A stretch of DNA of 64,000 nt, from NCBI RefSeq assembly GCF_009914755.1, contig NC_060925.1. One strand, given 5' to 3'. The DNA comes from the human T2T-CHM13v2.0 reference genome, Homo sapiens. A program made the translations under genes and the position numbers. Position 1 is the stretch's first letter. Every line of letters begins with the position of its first letter. The notes under the pieces are model-generated. The model was not told where the DNA came from. It made no database searches and worked only from the letters and a program-made list of their open reading frames with translations. Below, one piece after another: positions 37,830 to 64,000 of this stretch.

Positions 37830-39002
37830 TCACAACAAAATTGTTAGAATTCTCTATATTGTCTATTCTCCCTGACCTCCAATCCTTGCTTTTTCTCTTG
37901 AACATACTGATTATACTTTCACTGCCACCCCTCCATAGAAACTGCTAGTCAAGGTCACCAACAACCTCCACATTGCTAAGAAGAATGATCAATTCTCAGT
38001 CCTCTCATCTTACCTGACCTATCAACAGAATTTGGCACAGCTAAACAGCTCCCTCGCTACCTCACTTGACTTACGGGATACCTTTTTTTTTTTTTTTTTT
38101 TTTTTTTGAGTCAAGGTCTCTCTCTGTCACCCTGGCCAGAGTGCAGTGGCACAATCATAGCTCACTGCAGCCTCAAAATCCTGGGCTCAAGTGATTCTCC
38201 TGCCTCAGACCCCAAGTAGCTATTCCAAGTAGCTAGAAATACAGGCATGTGCCACCATGTCCAATTTTTTTTCACTGTTTTAGAGACAGGGTCTCACTAG
38301 GTTGCCCAGGCTAGTCTTCAAGTCCTGGCCTCAAGCAATCCTCCGACCTCAGACTCCCGAGTAGCTGGGATGACAGGCATGAGTCACCGTGCCCAGCTCT
38401 GGGACTCCTCTCTTGATTGTTCTTCCTCACTGGCTACTACCCTCTGTCTCCTTTGCAGGTTCTTTCCTTCCTCCATGACCTTTAAATACTGGAGTGACGC
38501 AGGGTACCCGGACCTCTTCCTTTTTCTATCTACACTCAGTTCCCAAATGACCAGATCCAGTCTTACGGCTTTAAATTTCATCTAACATTGATGATTCACA
38601 AATTTCTATCTTCAGATAGAGACTAGCTGAGACCTCTTTCTGGAACTTCAGATTCACATATCTAAATGCTTACTTGACATACTGACTGGATTGTGTAATA
38701 GATAGGCACTTAACATGTTTAAAATCAATTCATCTTTGCCCACTGCCCCAAATCTATTCTTCCTACAGGTTTCATTTCAAAATATGGTAATTCCAAAGAG
38801 AAATATTTAGGCCAAAAATCTCTACCCATCCTTAATTGCTTTTTCTCTCAAACCCCTCATGTCCATTTGGTCAGCTAAGTTTGTCAGCTTTACCTTCAAA
38901 ATGTATGCAGAATCTAACCAGTTGTCATTACTCTGACAGCTATTAGATCCAAGTGATGATAAATATGTGAATGGATTATTGCAATAGCTTTTTTTTTTTT
39001 TA

Positions 39003-39250
39003 AAGAAAGAGGTTTATTTAAAGGAATTGCTCACATGATTATGGAAGCTGGCCAGTCCCAAAATCTGCAGGGTGGGTCAGTGGCAGGCTGAAGACCCAGG
39101 AAGACCCAATGTTTTCATTCTGCTGGCAGACTTGCCTCTTACTGAGGAGAGGTCAATCTTTTGTTCTGTTAATGCCTTCAGTTGAGTAGATGAAGTTCCT
39201 CCCCAACATTATGGAGGGTGATCTGCTTAACTCAAAGTCCATTGATTTAT
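39003..39250. mobile_element. MLT2 (ERVL LTR) fragment
   Basis: aaggaattgctcacatgattatggaagctgg...ggctgaagacccagg...cattatggagggtgatctgctt.actcaaagtccattgattta matches the remembered MLT2B/C/D consensus; truncated at both ends. Confidence 0.75.
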
Positions 39251-39253
39251 TGA

Positions 39254-40164
39254 TTTTTTAATATATTTAACTTTTATTCTAAGTTCAGGGGTACATGTGC
39301 AGGTTTGTTACGTGGGTAAACTTGTGTCATGGGGGTTTATTTCATCACCCAGGTATTAAGCCTAGTACCCATTAGTTATTTTTCCTGATTCTCTCCCTCT
39401 TCCCACCCTCCACCCTCCAATAAGCCCCAGTGTGTGTTGTTCCCCTCTATGTGTCCATGTGTTGTCATCATTTAGCTCCCATTTATATGTGAGAACATAC
39501 AGTATTTGATTTTCTGTTCCTGCACTAGTTTGCCAAAGATAATGGCCTCCACTCCATCCATGATCCTGCCAAGTACATGATCTCATTTTTTTTTTGTGGC
39601 TCCATAGCATTTCATGATGTATATGTACTACATTTTCTTTATCCAGTCTACCATTGGTGGGCATTTAGGTTAATCCCATGTCTTTGCTATTGTGAATAGT
39701 GCTGCAATGAAGATACGCATGCATCTGTCTTTATGATTTATATTCCTTTGGGTATATACCCAGTAACGGGACTGCTGAGTCAAATGTTATTTCTGTTTTT
39801 AGGTCTTTGAGGGATGACCACAGTCTTCCACAATGGCTTAACTAATTTACACTCCCACCAATAGTGTATAAGCACTCCTTTCTCTCTGCAACCTTGCCAG
39901 CATCTTTTTTTTTTTTTTTTTGACTTTTTAATAGCCATTCTGAATGATGTGAGATGGTCTCACTGTGGTTTTGATTTGCATTTCTTGAATGATCAGTGAT
40001 GTTGAGCTTTTCCTCATGATTGTTGGCTGCATGTATGTCTTCTTTTGAGAAGTGTCTGTTCATGTCCTTTACCCACTTTTTAATCATTTTTTTTCTCATA
40101 GATTTGCTTAAGTTCCTTACAGATGCTGACATTAGACCTTTGTCAGATGCATAGCTTGCAAAAT
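39254..40164 (-). mobile_element. Older L1PA (about PA13-16) 3' portion
   Basis: ttaacttttattctaagttcaggggtacatgtgcaggtttgttac..ggtaaacttgtgtcatgggggttt 3' end; ORF2 C-terminal remnants (MNRHFSKEDIHAAN in ORF 39842..40171). Confidence 0.9.
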
Positions 40165-41007
40165 GCAACATGCTTCTAACTGGTTCCTTGCTTCAACCCT
40201 CATATCTCTTCCAGTCTTCTCAATTCAGTTGCAGGGTGATCCTTTCAAAGCCTGATTCAGATCATGTCACTCCTCTGCTCAAAACCCTTTCGTAGGCTTC
40301 CTATCTCCCTCAAAGCAGAAGCCAAAATTTTTTAAATGGTCTAAAGATCCAATTTAATTTGTCCTAAAGTCCTCTCTACCTCTCTTCCATCGCCTACCAG
40401 TCTCCTCACTTAGTTCCAAGAAGGAGGTACAAAAGTTTCCCTTCTGGTGGAGATTGCAGTGAGCCGAGATTGCGCCACTGCACTCCAGCCTAGGTAACAG
40501 AGCAAGACTCTGTCTCAAAAAAAAATAAAAAAAATAAAAAAAAAAGAAGTTTCCCTTCTGTTTCTCAAACACAACAAAAATACTCTTTACCTTGGGACCT
40601 TTGCACTTACCATTCCGCTTGACAGAACACCCTTTCCCCAGATAATTGCATATCTTGCTCTTTCACTTCCTTCGTATCTTTGTCTAAACGTAATTTTACA
40701 GAAGAAGCATTTCCTAAAAAAAACACCTATCCCCCCACCACCCTCTACTCACATTCAGTATCCTATTTTATTCTCATACTCTTCTTACCACCTGGTGTAC
40801 TATATATTTGTTGTGTACATCTTTCCATTGAAATTTGAACTCTACCAGGAAATAGACTTATCAGTTTGGTTCACTGCTATATCCCAGCACGTAGAACACT
40901 AGCTGGCATATAGTAGGTGTTCAATAAATATTTGTAGAATTAATTCCCTGACTTATGTGGGTTATATTTTACGAGCTTCAAATTGTCCCCTTTCTAGGCC
41001 GGGCTCA

Positions 41008-41139
<132 letters not shown>

Positions 41140-43392
41140 TTAGCTGGGCATGGTGGCACGCTCCTGTAATCTCAGCTACTCAGGAGGTTGAGGCAGGAGA
41201 ACTGTTTGAACACAGGAGGTGGAGGTTGCAGTGAGCCAAGACTGTGCCACTGCACTCCAGCCTGGGTGACAGACCAAGACTCTGTCTCGGGAAGGAAAAA
41301 AAAAAATCAAAAAAATTAGCTGGGCATGGTGGCACGTGCCTATCGTCCCAGCTACCCAGGAGGCTGAGGTGGGAGGATCACCTGAGTCTAGGAGGTCGAG
41401 GCTGCAGTGAGCCATGATCACAGCACTGTACTCTAGCCCGGGCAATCAAACAATAAGCTGGGTATGGTGGGACACACTTGTAGTCCTAGCTACTCCAGAG
41501 GCACTCCAGCCTGGCCAACAGAGTGACACTCTGTCTCAATCAATCAATCAATATTAAAAAATTAGCTGGGTGTGGTGGGACACACCTGTAGGCCTAGTTA
41601 CTCTGGAGGCTGAGATGAGAAGATCACTTGAGCCCAAGTGTTCAACACTGGAGTGAGCTAGAATCGTGCCACTGCACTCCAGTCTGGGCAATAAAGAGAG
41701 ACCCCCATCTCAAAAAACAGATGTAACAAAAAACCCACAACATTTTACAATTTGGAAAAAAAAAAAAAGAATTGCTTTTATATTCATTACTCACAAATGC
41801 ATACATTTTAAATTTTCCCATTACAATTTTTGTAATGAAAGAATTCCATGTCTTAATATGTATAACTGCAAAATTTATATGTATAAATGAAGAATTTCAG
41901 CATTTTTCCAAAGAATTCTTTTTTTTTTTGAAACAGAGTCTCCCTGTCACCCAGGCTGGAGTGCAGTGGCGTGATCTCGGCTCACTGCAACCTCCGCCTC
42001 CCGGGTTCAAGCAAAGAATTCATTTTTTATCTGCACTTAATTCCCTTTCAAAACATTACAGAGAAAGGTCTGACAGAAACATGATTCTCATTTTAAAAAT
42101 GAAAAAAAATTATAAAACTTAATCCAAGTGACACATATTATTACATAAATAGCAGAGTACCAATAAACTGAAAAGAGATTTGAAAACATTTATTTCCCCC
42201 CCTAAAAATGTATATGAGAAGAGAGAAATACTACATTTCCCTAACATGATCAAGGAGAAAAACGAACAGTATGCTTACAGGCATATTTTGAGAATCCATT
42301 TAGGTAGTAAAACTGGAAAATCATGATTGGCAAACCCCACATACCAAATTTAAGAGTTTCTAGTCAAGATAAACCCAAATTCTGAAGATATTTCACAACA
42401 GAGTGCTTTTTATCTGCTGAATGTAAACTGCTTGAAAAACAGTCCCTACAGCAGCTGCCAGAATGCTGTTTTTTGAACTTTCAAAGCAATGTTCATTGAG
42501 AATATCATTCTTTCAGCTTTTGGAAAAATATCTAAACAATCTAGGTTTTCCATCCAGGGGCAAGGATGCCATGTTGTAACACAACTTATTTTGGTTTCTA
42601 CTACAATATATTCAACTTAAAATACATTTCCAAGGAAAAACACAGACCTAAGATTGCTAGAATCTCTTCACTCAAACAGGCAAACTCAATATTCATCTCA
42701 CATGCAATTTTGGGATTTATGTTTTCAAATCTCTGGAACAATGTGGGACAGTCTGGTCCAAATTCAAAGGAAAGTAACACTGTACCTACAGCATTAAATA
42801 CTTTTGCACAAATCATTACAGCATTAAGTAAACTCTTTAGAAAATTACTAACCATATGTTTTTTAAAAAGGAAATTACTAATTATATTAATAGGACATAT
42901 ACATTGTATAAAAACAAAGTATGATAATCTAACAATATGTTAAAAACTACCTACAAATTTACAAATACATATTCTCTACAAAATGAAGACCTCTATCCAC
43001 CCCAACACCTGCCATTCTAATCCCACATCCAAGTAACAAACAGTGGATCTGATAAAAATTAACTAATACACTGTTATTAATATAGTGGTCTGGGCTGGGC
43101 GTGGTTGCTCATGCCTATAAATCCCAGCACTTTGGGAGGCTGAGGCGAGTGGATCACCTGAGGTCAGGAGTTCAAGACCAGCCTGGCCAACATGGTGAAA
43201 CTCCATCTCTACTAAAAATACAAAAATTAGCCAGGTGTGGTGGCAGGTGCCTGTCATCCCAGCTACTCAGGAGGCTGAGGCAGAAGAATCACTTGAACCC
43301 AGGAGGCACAGGTTGCAGTGAGCCGAGATTGTGCCACTGCACTCCAGCCTGGGCAACAGAGTGAGACTCTGTCTCAAAAAAAAAAAAAAAAT

Positions 43393-43552
43393 TATATATA
43401 TATATATGCACACATATATATGTGTATATATATGTATATATATATGTATGTATGTATATGTATGTATGTGTATATATGTGTGCATATATATGTGTGTGTG
43501 TGTATATATATATGGGGGGAGAGAGAGAGAGAGAGAGAGTGTGTGTGTGTGT
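43393..43552. repeat. (TA)/(TG)/(GA)/(GT) compound microsatellite following an Alu tail
   Basis: tatatatatatatatgcacacatatatatgtgtata...gagagagaga...gtgtgtgtgt. Confidence 0.95.
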
Positions 43553-43769
43553 TGGTGGCGAAGGTCTGGTCTGAGATACAGAACTACTCTGGAAGACAAC
43601 TATGTTTGGAAATCATTTTATATGTAAATACCCCATCTATTTTCAGGGGTAGAAAGGGAATAGCCATGCTTTGATGGAACACTATTCAGCAAAACAATAT
43701 AAAATCAACCAAATTTTTTAAAGTACTACAAATGAGTCCTCACAGTGAATTTAGCATCAGTAAAAGTAA

Positions 43770-43970
43770 TAAAATACTTACTGAGTTCTTAGCATGTACA
43801 AAGCTCTATGCCAAATGTTTTACATATATTATCTCATTTAAGGCTCACAATCAGCATGCGGTAGTTACTATTATTATTCCCTTTTTAGACATGAAAAGAC
43901 AGGCTAATGGCCAATAAAAGGCAGAAACAGGTCTGTTTCGCTCCTCTTAACCACTATGCTTTGCTGCCTC
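43770..43970 (-). mobile_element. MIR (others at about 1985-2165, 47900-48110, 50740-50920, 63450-63690)
   Basis: ttttacatatattatctcattta...actattattattcccttttt.gacatgaaaa; cttaaccactatgct: MIR core motifs. Confidence 0.6.
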
Positions 43971-44057
43971 CCAAAGATCATCTTTAGGCTGGGCGTGGTG
44001 GCTCACACCTGTAATCACAGCACTTTGGGAGGCCGAGGCGGGTGGATCATGAGGTCA

Positions 44058-44240
<183 letters not shown>

Positions 44241-44289
44241 TCAGCCTGGATGACAGAGCGAGACTCCGTCTCAAAAAAAAAAAAAAAAG

Positions 44290-47110
<2,821 letters not shown>

Positions 47111-47409
47111 AGCTCCCATATATGAATACGCTATGTCTGTCAAAAGTAGAACCCATGCTTTTAATACTTCTACATAATGAGGGAGGCTAATCCAGGATGA
47201 CTGCTCAAGCCCAGAAGTTCAAGGCTGCAGTGAGCTATGATCATGCCACTGCACTCCAGCCTGGGTGACAGAGTGAGAACCAGTCTCTAAAAAAAGTTAA
47301 AAGAAAAAAGAAAGAGGCCAGGCGCAGTGGCTCATGCCTGTAATCCCAGCACTTTGGGAGGCTGAAATGGGCAGATCACAAGGTCAGGAGATCGAGACCA
47401 TCCTGGCTA

Positions 47410-47646
<237 letters not shown>

Positions 47647-48119
47647 TTATTTATCAAATGTTATCAAACAAACCCAAAGAAGTCAAAACTCCCTAAAACA
47701 TGCCTGCAGTGCATTTGCTGCCTAGAGTTTAAAGCTGATAGACTTTAAGATTAAGAGGTAATTTCAAGGGATTAAATATTACAATGATTATATCTGAAAA
47801 CCAAAAGCTTGGGCATTATTCACTCACTGAAACGAATTTAAAGAAACAAACAAGAAGAGTATTTGGGTATCCTGGGAGTGTTTTTCAAACTCCACTAACA
47901 TTTATCTATCTTAGTCCTACTAGGCGCCATACACTATGCCAAAGTGGTTTCACTTATTGTCTCATTTGTTTCATTCTGACAATAATCTTATTAGATTTAA
48001 CTAATCACATTTTATAGATGGGCAAACAGGCTTCGAAACGTGATTAACTCTAAGACTGTAAAATTAGTAAATAGAAGAACTTGGATTGAATGTAATCTTC
48101 TCACTCCAAATCTACTACA

Positions 48120-48393
48120 GGATATCCATCTGCAAGAAAAGAACTCAGACCCTTACCTCACATCATACACAAAAATTAACTCAAGTGGATCACAAATCTA
48201 AATTCGAAAACGAACTATAAAATTCCTAAAAGAAAATGTAGAAGGAAATCTTTGTGACTTTGGGTTAGGCAAAATTTCTTAGATATGACAGCATGATTTT
48301 TTTTTTTAAAAAAAAGCTGGTAAACTGAACTTCACCAAAACTATAAACTTCTGTCCTTCAAAAAGGCAGTACTAAGAAAATGAACACAAGACA
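48120..48393 (+). mobile_element. Old L1M ORF2 fragment
   Basis: gacccttacctcacatcatacacaaaaattaactcaagtggatcacaaatctaaat...tctttgtgactttgggttaggcaaa. Confidence 0.7.
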
Positions 48394-49117
<724 letters not shown>

Positions 49118-49379
49118 TGAACTCCTGACCTCGTGATCTGCCCGCCTCGGCCTTCCAAAGTGCTGGGATTACAGGTGTGAACCACTGTACCCAGCCTTTT
49201 TTTTTTTTTTTTTTTTTTAATAAAGACGGCTCTATCATCTGGCCTGGGGTACAGTGGCATAATAATAGCTTACTGCAGCCTCCAACTCCTGTGCTCAAGG
49301 GATCCTCCCACCTCAGCTTCCCAAGTAATAGGGACCATAGGCATGTGCCACTGCACCTGGCTCCTACTCTAGATTCTTT

Positions 49380-51795
<2,416 letters not shown>

Positions 51796-52916
51796 AACAT
51801 TAATTCTACATTTTAAAACGTGTATATAGATAAAAGAGAATAGGCAAAATGAAACTTAAAATATTAAAAATTGATATTTTTCTTTAAATATTATATAAAT
51901 TTTTCAGTTTCTATAATTTAAAAAATAAGCACTATATACACCATGTAATGTGCTTTCCAAAGGTAAAAGAGTAACCCATGCCCTAATTAGTTTGAAGATA
52001 TTTTACATGAAACTACTAAGTCACTAATATTATATAAGTCACTAAAATCACAAAAAAATTAGAATAGCTTCATGAAGTTACCAACAAAATTGGAAGCAAT
52101 TTCTACAATATAAACTATACTTACAAAGTTAGACAAATTTTTTACTCAACTATAGAACCCTTCACTGAAAAGATGACAATCAGTAACCATTTCTAACTCT
52201 CAAAGTACTGATATCCAATAAATCTAGTTAGTTTCATATTTATGTACTCTATATATTTCTTCAATTTCAAGAAGCTGCTGATTTTAAGAAGCTTCATGAA
52301 TCAATAACCATATTTTTAGGGGTGAGGGAGCACTACTAGATTAAATGTAAACATCAATTATGTTATTTCCTAATTTTAGAAATATTAAACTGGGAGGAAA
52401 GTATGCATCTCATGACCAAGAAAATACTGTATTATACCAACAAGTCCTTCTAGAAACTTAGAACAGGAAAGTGAAATAGACATAAATTTCCAATTACCAA
52501 GTCACAAGGGGAAAAGTAAGCCCCAGAAAGCAGTCCCAAGGCTAAAAATCTTGATGGAAAAATTATACTCAGACTGCCATACAGATTATCCAATCAAACC
52601 TTACTTAGCTTACCTGAATAGCAAAGTTAACGTAGATCAAAAATATAACTGCAATTCTGTTTTGTTAAAAAAGAGGGGGAGGGGGATAGGAATGTAGGAT
52701 TGTGTTTCCGAGAAATATATAGGAACACTGATCTCAATCTTTAGGGAATTCTAAAATGACAACAGGAAGAAAGTTCAAGTTGTATCAGAAAGATTTTCCC
52801 ATTAATAAATTATTACATTTTGGGCCACGCACGGTGGCTTACGCCTGTAATCCCAGCACTTTGGGAGTCTGAGGCGGGCGGATCACGAGGTCAGGAGATC
52901 GAGACCATCCTGGCTA

Positions 52917-53138
<222 letters not shown>

Positions 53139-53232
53139 TTACAGCCTGTCAACTGAAGGCCACTGAACATGCTTATATTTTAAACAAAAGAGCCACTTCT
53201 AAGAAGGCAAAATTCATGCTGTAATTAATTAA

Positions 53233-53358
<126 letters not shown>

Positions 53359-53770
53359 TGAGTAGCTGGGATTACATGTGCCCGCCACCATGCCCAGCTA
53401 ATTTTTTGTATTTTTAGTACAGACAGGGTTTCATCATGTTGGTCAGGCTGCCTGACCTCAGGTGATCCACCTGCCTAGGCCTCCCAAAGTGCTGGGATTA
53501 CAGGCGTGAGCCACCATGCCTGGCCAAAACCATTAAATCTTACACCTTGTTATTACTTTTTTTTTAAATATTTTAACGGCACTGTGTGGCTGCTGGGGAA
53601 AAATTGTACACTTTAAATTACTATATATGAATTATATCTCAGTAAAGCCACCTAAAAATCCTGGAAGATCAAAATTAAGTATCTTGTAGAAGGAAATCCT
53701 TTCCTATTTTGCATAAAAACAAAATATGGATTAGTGGCAGTCCTGTGAAAATGAAAACCCTTTTCAATTA

Positions 53771-53956
<186 letters not shown>

Positions 53957-54099
53957 TTAGAGGGTGCAGCAGGAAAATTGCTTGAACCCAGGAGGCAGAG
54001 GTTGCAGTGAGCCAAGATCACACCACTGCACTCCAGCCTGCATCACAGAGTGAGACTCTGTCTCAAAAAAAAAAAAAAAAAAAAAAGATTTCAGTATGA

Positions 54100-55990
<1,891 letters not shown>

Positions 55991-56551
55991 CTTCATACTG
56001 ACCAAAAATATTTTTTATACACACACACACAAAATATATGTCTGCTATTTCTTAGTTAAAAGCAAGCAAGATCTCATATTTGGAAAGAGTAGGACAAAAA
56101 TCCTATATAGAGAAAAAATTATGAATGATTACACACCAAATTGATAGTGCTAGTCATTTAAAGGAGAAAGGTTTGGAAGGAAAAAAAAAAAGGAAAAAAA
56201 TTATATATACACATATATATTCCTATTACAGAATTTGCATTAGTTTTACAATAAAACAAAAATCCATTAAAAACTTATTTTAAAAAGATTTGAGGCCAGG
56301 TGCAGTGGCTCATGCCTGTAACCCCAGCACTTTGGGAGGCTGAGGCAGGTGAATCACTTAAGGTCAAGAGTTTGAGACCAGCCTGGCCAACGTAGTGAAA
56401 CCCCATCTCCATTAAAAACATAAAAATTAGGCTGGATGCAGTGGCTCAAGACTGTAATCCCAGCATTTTGGGAGGCCAAGGCAGGCAGATCACTAGATGT
56501 CAGGAGTTCGAGACCAGCCTGGCCAATGTGGTGAAACCCCATCTCTACTTA

Positions 56552-56987
<436 letters not shown>

Positions 56988-57032
56988 CTAGCATTCCTTA
57001 CATGAGTTTATTTCCACTTTTAAGAGCACTCT

Positions 57033-57356
<324 letters not shown>

Positions 57357-57376
57357 TCATTCCATGATTTTCATAA

Positions 57377-57781
<405 letters not shown>

Positions 57782-57859
57782 GTTTCATCATATTCTTAAT
57801 GAGGGCCATGACTACTCACCACAACTACCATTTAAAAAAAAAAAAAGTTAAAATCCTCT

Positions 57860-58795
<936 letters not shown>

Positions 58796-59269
58796 GCTGG
58801 ATGCAGTGGCTCACGCCTGTAATCCCAGCACTTTGGCAGGCCAAAGTGGGTGGATCACATGAGGTCAGGAGTTCAATACCAGCCTGACCAACACGGTAAA
58901 ACCCTGTCTCTACTAAAAATACAAAAATTAGCCGGGCGTGTTTGGCACATGCCTGTACTCCCAGCTACTCGGGAGGCTGAGGCAGGAGAACTGCTTGAAC
59001 CTGGGAGGTGGGGGTTGCAGTGAACCTAGATGGCACCATTGTACTCCAGCCTAGGCAACAGAGCCAGACTCCGTATCAAACAAAAGAGAGATAAAAAATA
59101 GACATTCATTCACCAACCATTTTACATTTGTCTCTACATCTTGACTAGTTAGTACTTGTTAGAGTTTCTTAGCCAGGAAGGTGTTAGTCCTCAAATTATC
59201 AAAAGATTCTCTTTTAGTTCTGGTATTCTAGATAAATTTCTCCCAGTATCAAAAATATTTATCCAGCAA

Positions 59270-61390
<2,121 letters not shown>

Positions 61391-61933
61391 AAGATCCAGA
61401 TGGGATCTCATCTTGTTGCCCAGGCTAGAGTGCAGTGGTGCAATCATGGCTGACTGCAGCCTCGACCTCCTGGGCTCAAGAAATCTACTGCTCAGCCTCC
61501 CAAGTAGCTGGGACTACAGGTATGTGCCACAATGCCTGGCTAATTTTTAAAATTTTTTTAGAGACATGGTCTCACTATGTTGCCCAGGCGGTCTGGAACT
61601 CCTGGGCTCAAGCAATCCCCCCACCTCAGCCTCCCAAAGTCCTGGGATTACAGGGGAGAGCCACCATGCCCAGCCTTTATTTATTTGACTCTTTTTTTGT
61701 TTTGTTTTTCACTTTCTTCCTGCAGCATTTTATTTGATTCTTAACAGATGATTTAATCCACTGATATCTCAAAGGACTAACTATCCAATGGAATGCCTGG
61801 ATGAAACATAGGCACACAGTATCTTTTCCTCGGGGGGGAAAAATTTTTGTCACATAATTGATTCACTTTAGCAGAAAAATAATCATATACCAGGAATTTC
61901 TTCAGGAATCTTGAGTCTATCTTAAGAATCTAC

Positions 61934-62310
<377 letters not shown>

Positions 62311-62361
62311 TCAAGAATTTAAGACCAGCCTGGCCAACATGGTGAAACCCCGTCTCTACTA

Positions 62362-62574
<213 letters not shown>

Positions 62575-62758
62575 CTAACAGTATGTTATATCAGTACTAA
62601 AAGATCTATATCGAAAAAAGAAAATGCCCAAATTATTAAGTCCTAAGACAGCAAAGCAGGGATCTTGTTTTGTCCATCACTGTATCCCAGTACCTAGAAT
62701 AGTGCCTGGCACATAGTAAGCACTAAATAAATATATGAAGGCCGGGCACAGTGGCTCA

Positions 62759-63019
<261 letters not shown>

Positions 63020-64000
63020 TCAAAAAAAACAAAAAGAAGTTTTGATAGAAACTACAACAGGGTGGTGTCATGCACTGGTAGTCCCAGCTACTCAGGAGAC
63101 TGAAACAGGAGAACGGCGTGAACCCGGGAGGCAGAGCTTGCAGTGAGCCGAGATCGCACCACTGCACTCCAGCATGGACAACAGAGCGAGACCCTGACTC
63201 AAAAAGAAAAAGCCAAACACGAAAACCTAGGCTAAAATGAAGAGGGAAAATACGAAATTGGAATTCACATGTGAGAAAAGATAAATAGTATGCTAAAAAT
63301 TGAAAATGGAAAAAATATGTATACAAATAAGGACATTGCTTATATACACTTCAAAAGTGTATTTTACATATTCTTACCTATGAGGGAAGTAATCTGCTTT
63401 GCTATATTCTTTTTTGGAAATGAAGAAAATAAATAACTAAAATAATAACAAATACACATTATTTGCTTGCTGCATGGCACACATTATGCTAAACACATTA
63501 TACATATCATCTCGTAGAATCCGCCAACTCTATGCTATAAATATTATCATTACTATATCACCATATTTTACAGTCAAGGAAACCAAAGATTGTAAGTATT
63601 TTGCTCAAAATTACAGTCAATAAGTTAGCAAAACTCAGATCTGAGCCTAATCAATCTGATTTCAGAGTCTATGATCTTAATGACTATTTGGGATTTTCAA
63701 CAAATTGAGGGGAAATATACCAATGCAGATGCTGAGAGATTCATTCATTATTAAGACAACTAATTATACATTTTTAGATCTGGCTAGATACTTATTATAA
63801 TCAAGGCCTGATTAACTAGAATGCTGAGTGGGTTACATTCTAGTAAAAATTTTCTGAGTAACTAAAATATAACCAAATATTTTATTGACATTAATCTTTG
63901 CTAGAAATTACTTTTATAACAATAGTTTTTTGTCTAAGAAAAGTATTTTGAACATATTTCCATCTTTATTTGATAGAAGATATCTAATTACAAAGGCCAA

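Noticed and set aside
42566-42943. 125-aa ORF in non-repetitive sequence (with an overlapping 84-aa minus-strand ORF)
   Set aside because: No recognisable domain, AT-rich codon content and no convincing splice signals; consistent with chance ORFs.
43267-43674. ORFs rich in YI/CV/HT/RE dipeptides
   Set aside because: Translations of the compound dinucleotide microsatellite.

Overview
Primate, very probably human, genomic DNA: two AluYa5 copies are present, and that subfamily is essentially human-specific. The window lies inside the ASH1L gene (H3K36 methyltransferase), which is transcribed on the minus strand. It holds one host exon, the 519-nt first coding exon (32169..31651): 99 nt of 5'UTR, then ATG at 32070 and 140 codons [21 protein letters not shown]...EHCPSKR, ending at a phase-0 GTAAGT donor. 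The rest is intron. It carries roughly 90-100 Alu copies or fragments (eye count), L1 and L2 remnants, Tigger/MER2 DNA transposons, an MLT2 LTR fragment and a near full-length Hsmar1 mariner. Almost all short ORFs in the supplied track are Alu or L1 artefacts. I found no new gene system, RNA gene or CRISPR array. The best leads are: (i) two overlapping uORFs in the exon, and an exon length (3x173) that lets a back-spliced circle encode a 159-aa protein with a new C-terminus; (ii) an apparent L1 3' transduction of an MLT2 fragment with its own AATAAA, poly(A) and TSD; (iii) an Hsmar1 copy whose 3' TIR nearly matches the SETMAR-binding core; (iv) three dispersed 100-240 bp local duplications that look like templated insertions; (v) a close inverted AluSc pair sharing private mutations; (vi) an inverted AluYa5 pair bracketing the start-codon exon. 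Repeat boundaries and subfamily calls are by eye against remembered consensus sequences and are approximate (about 10-20 bp).
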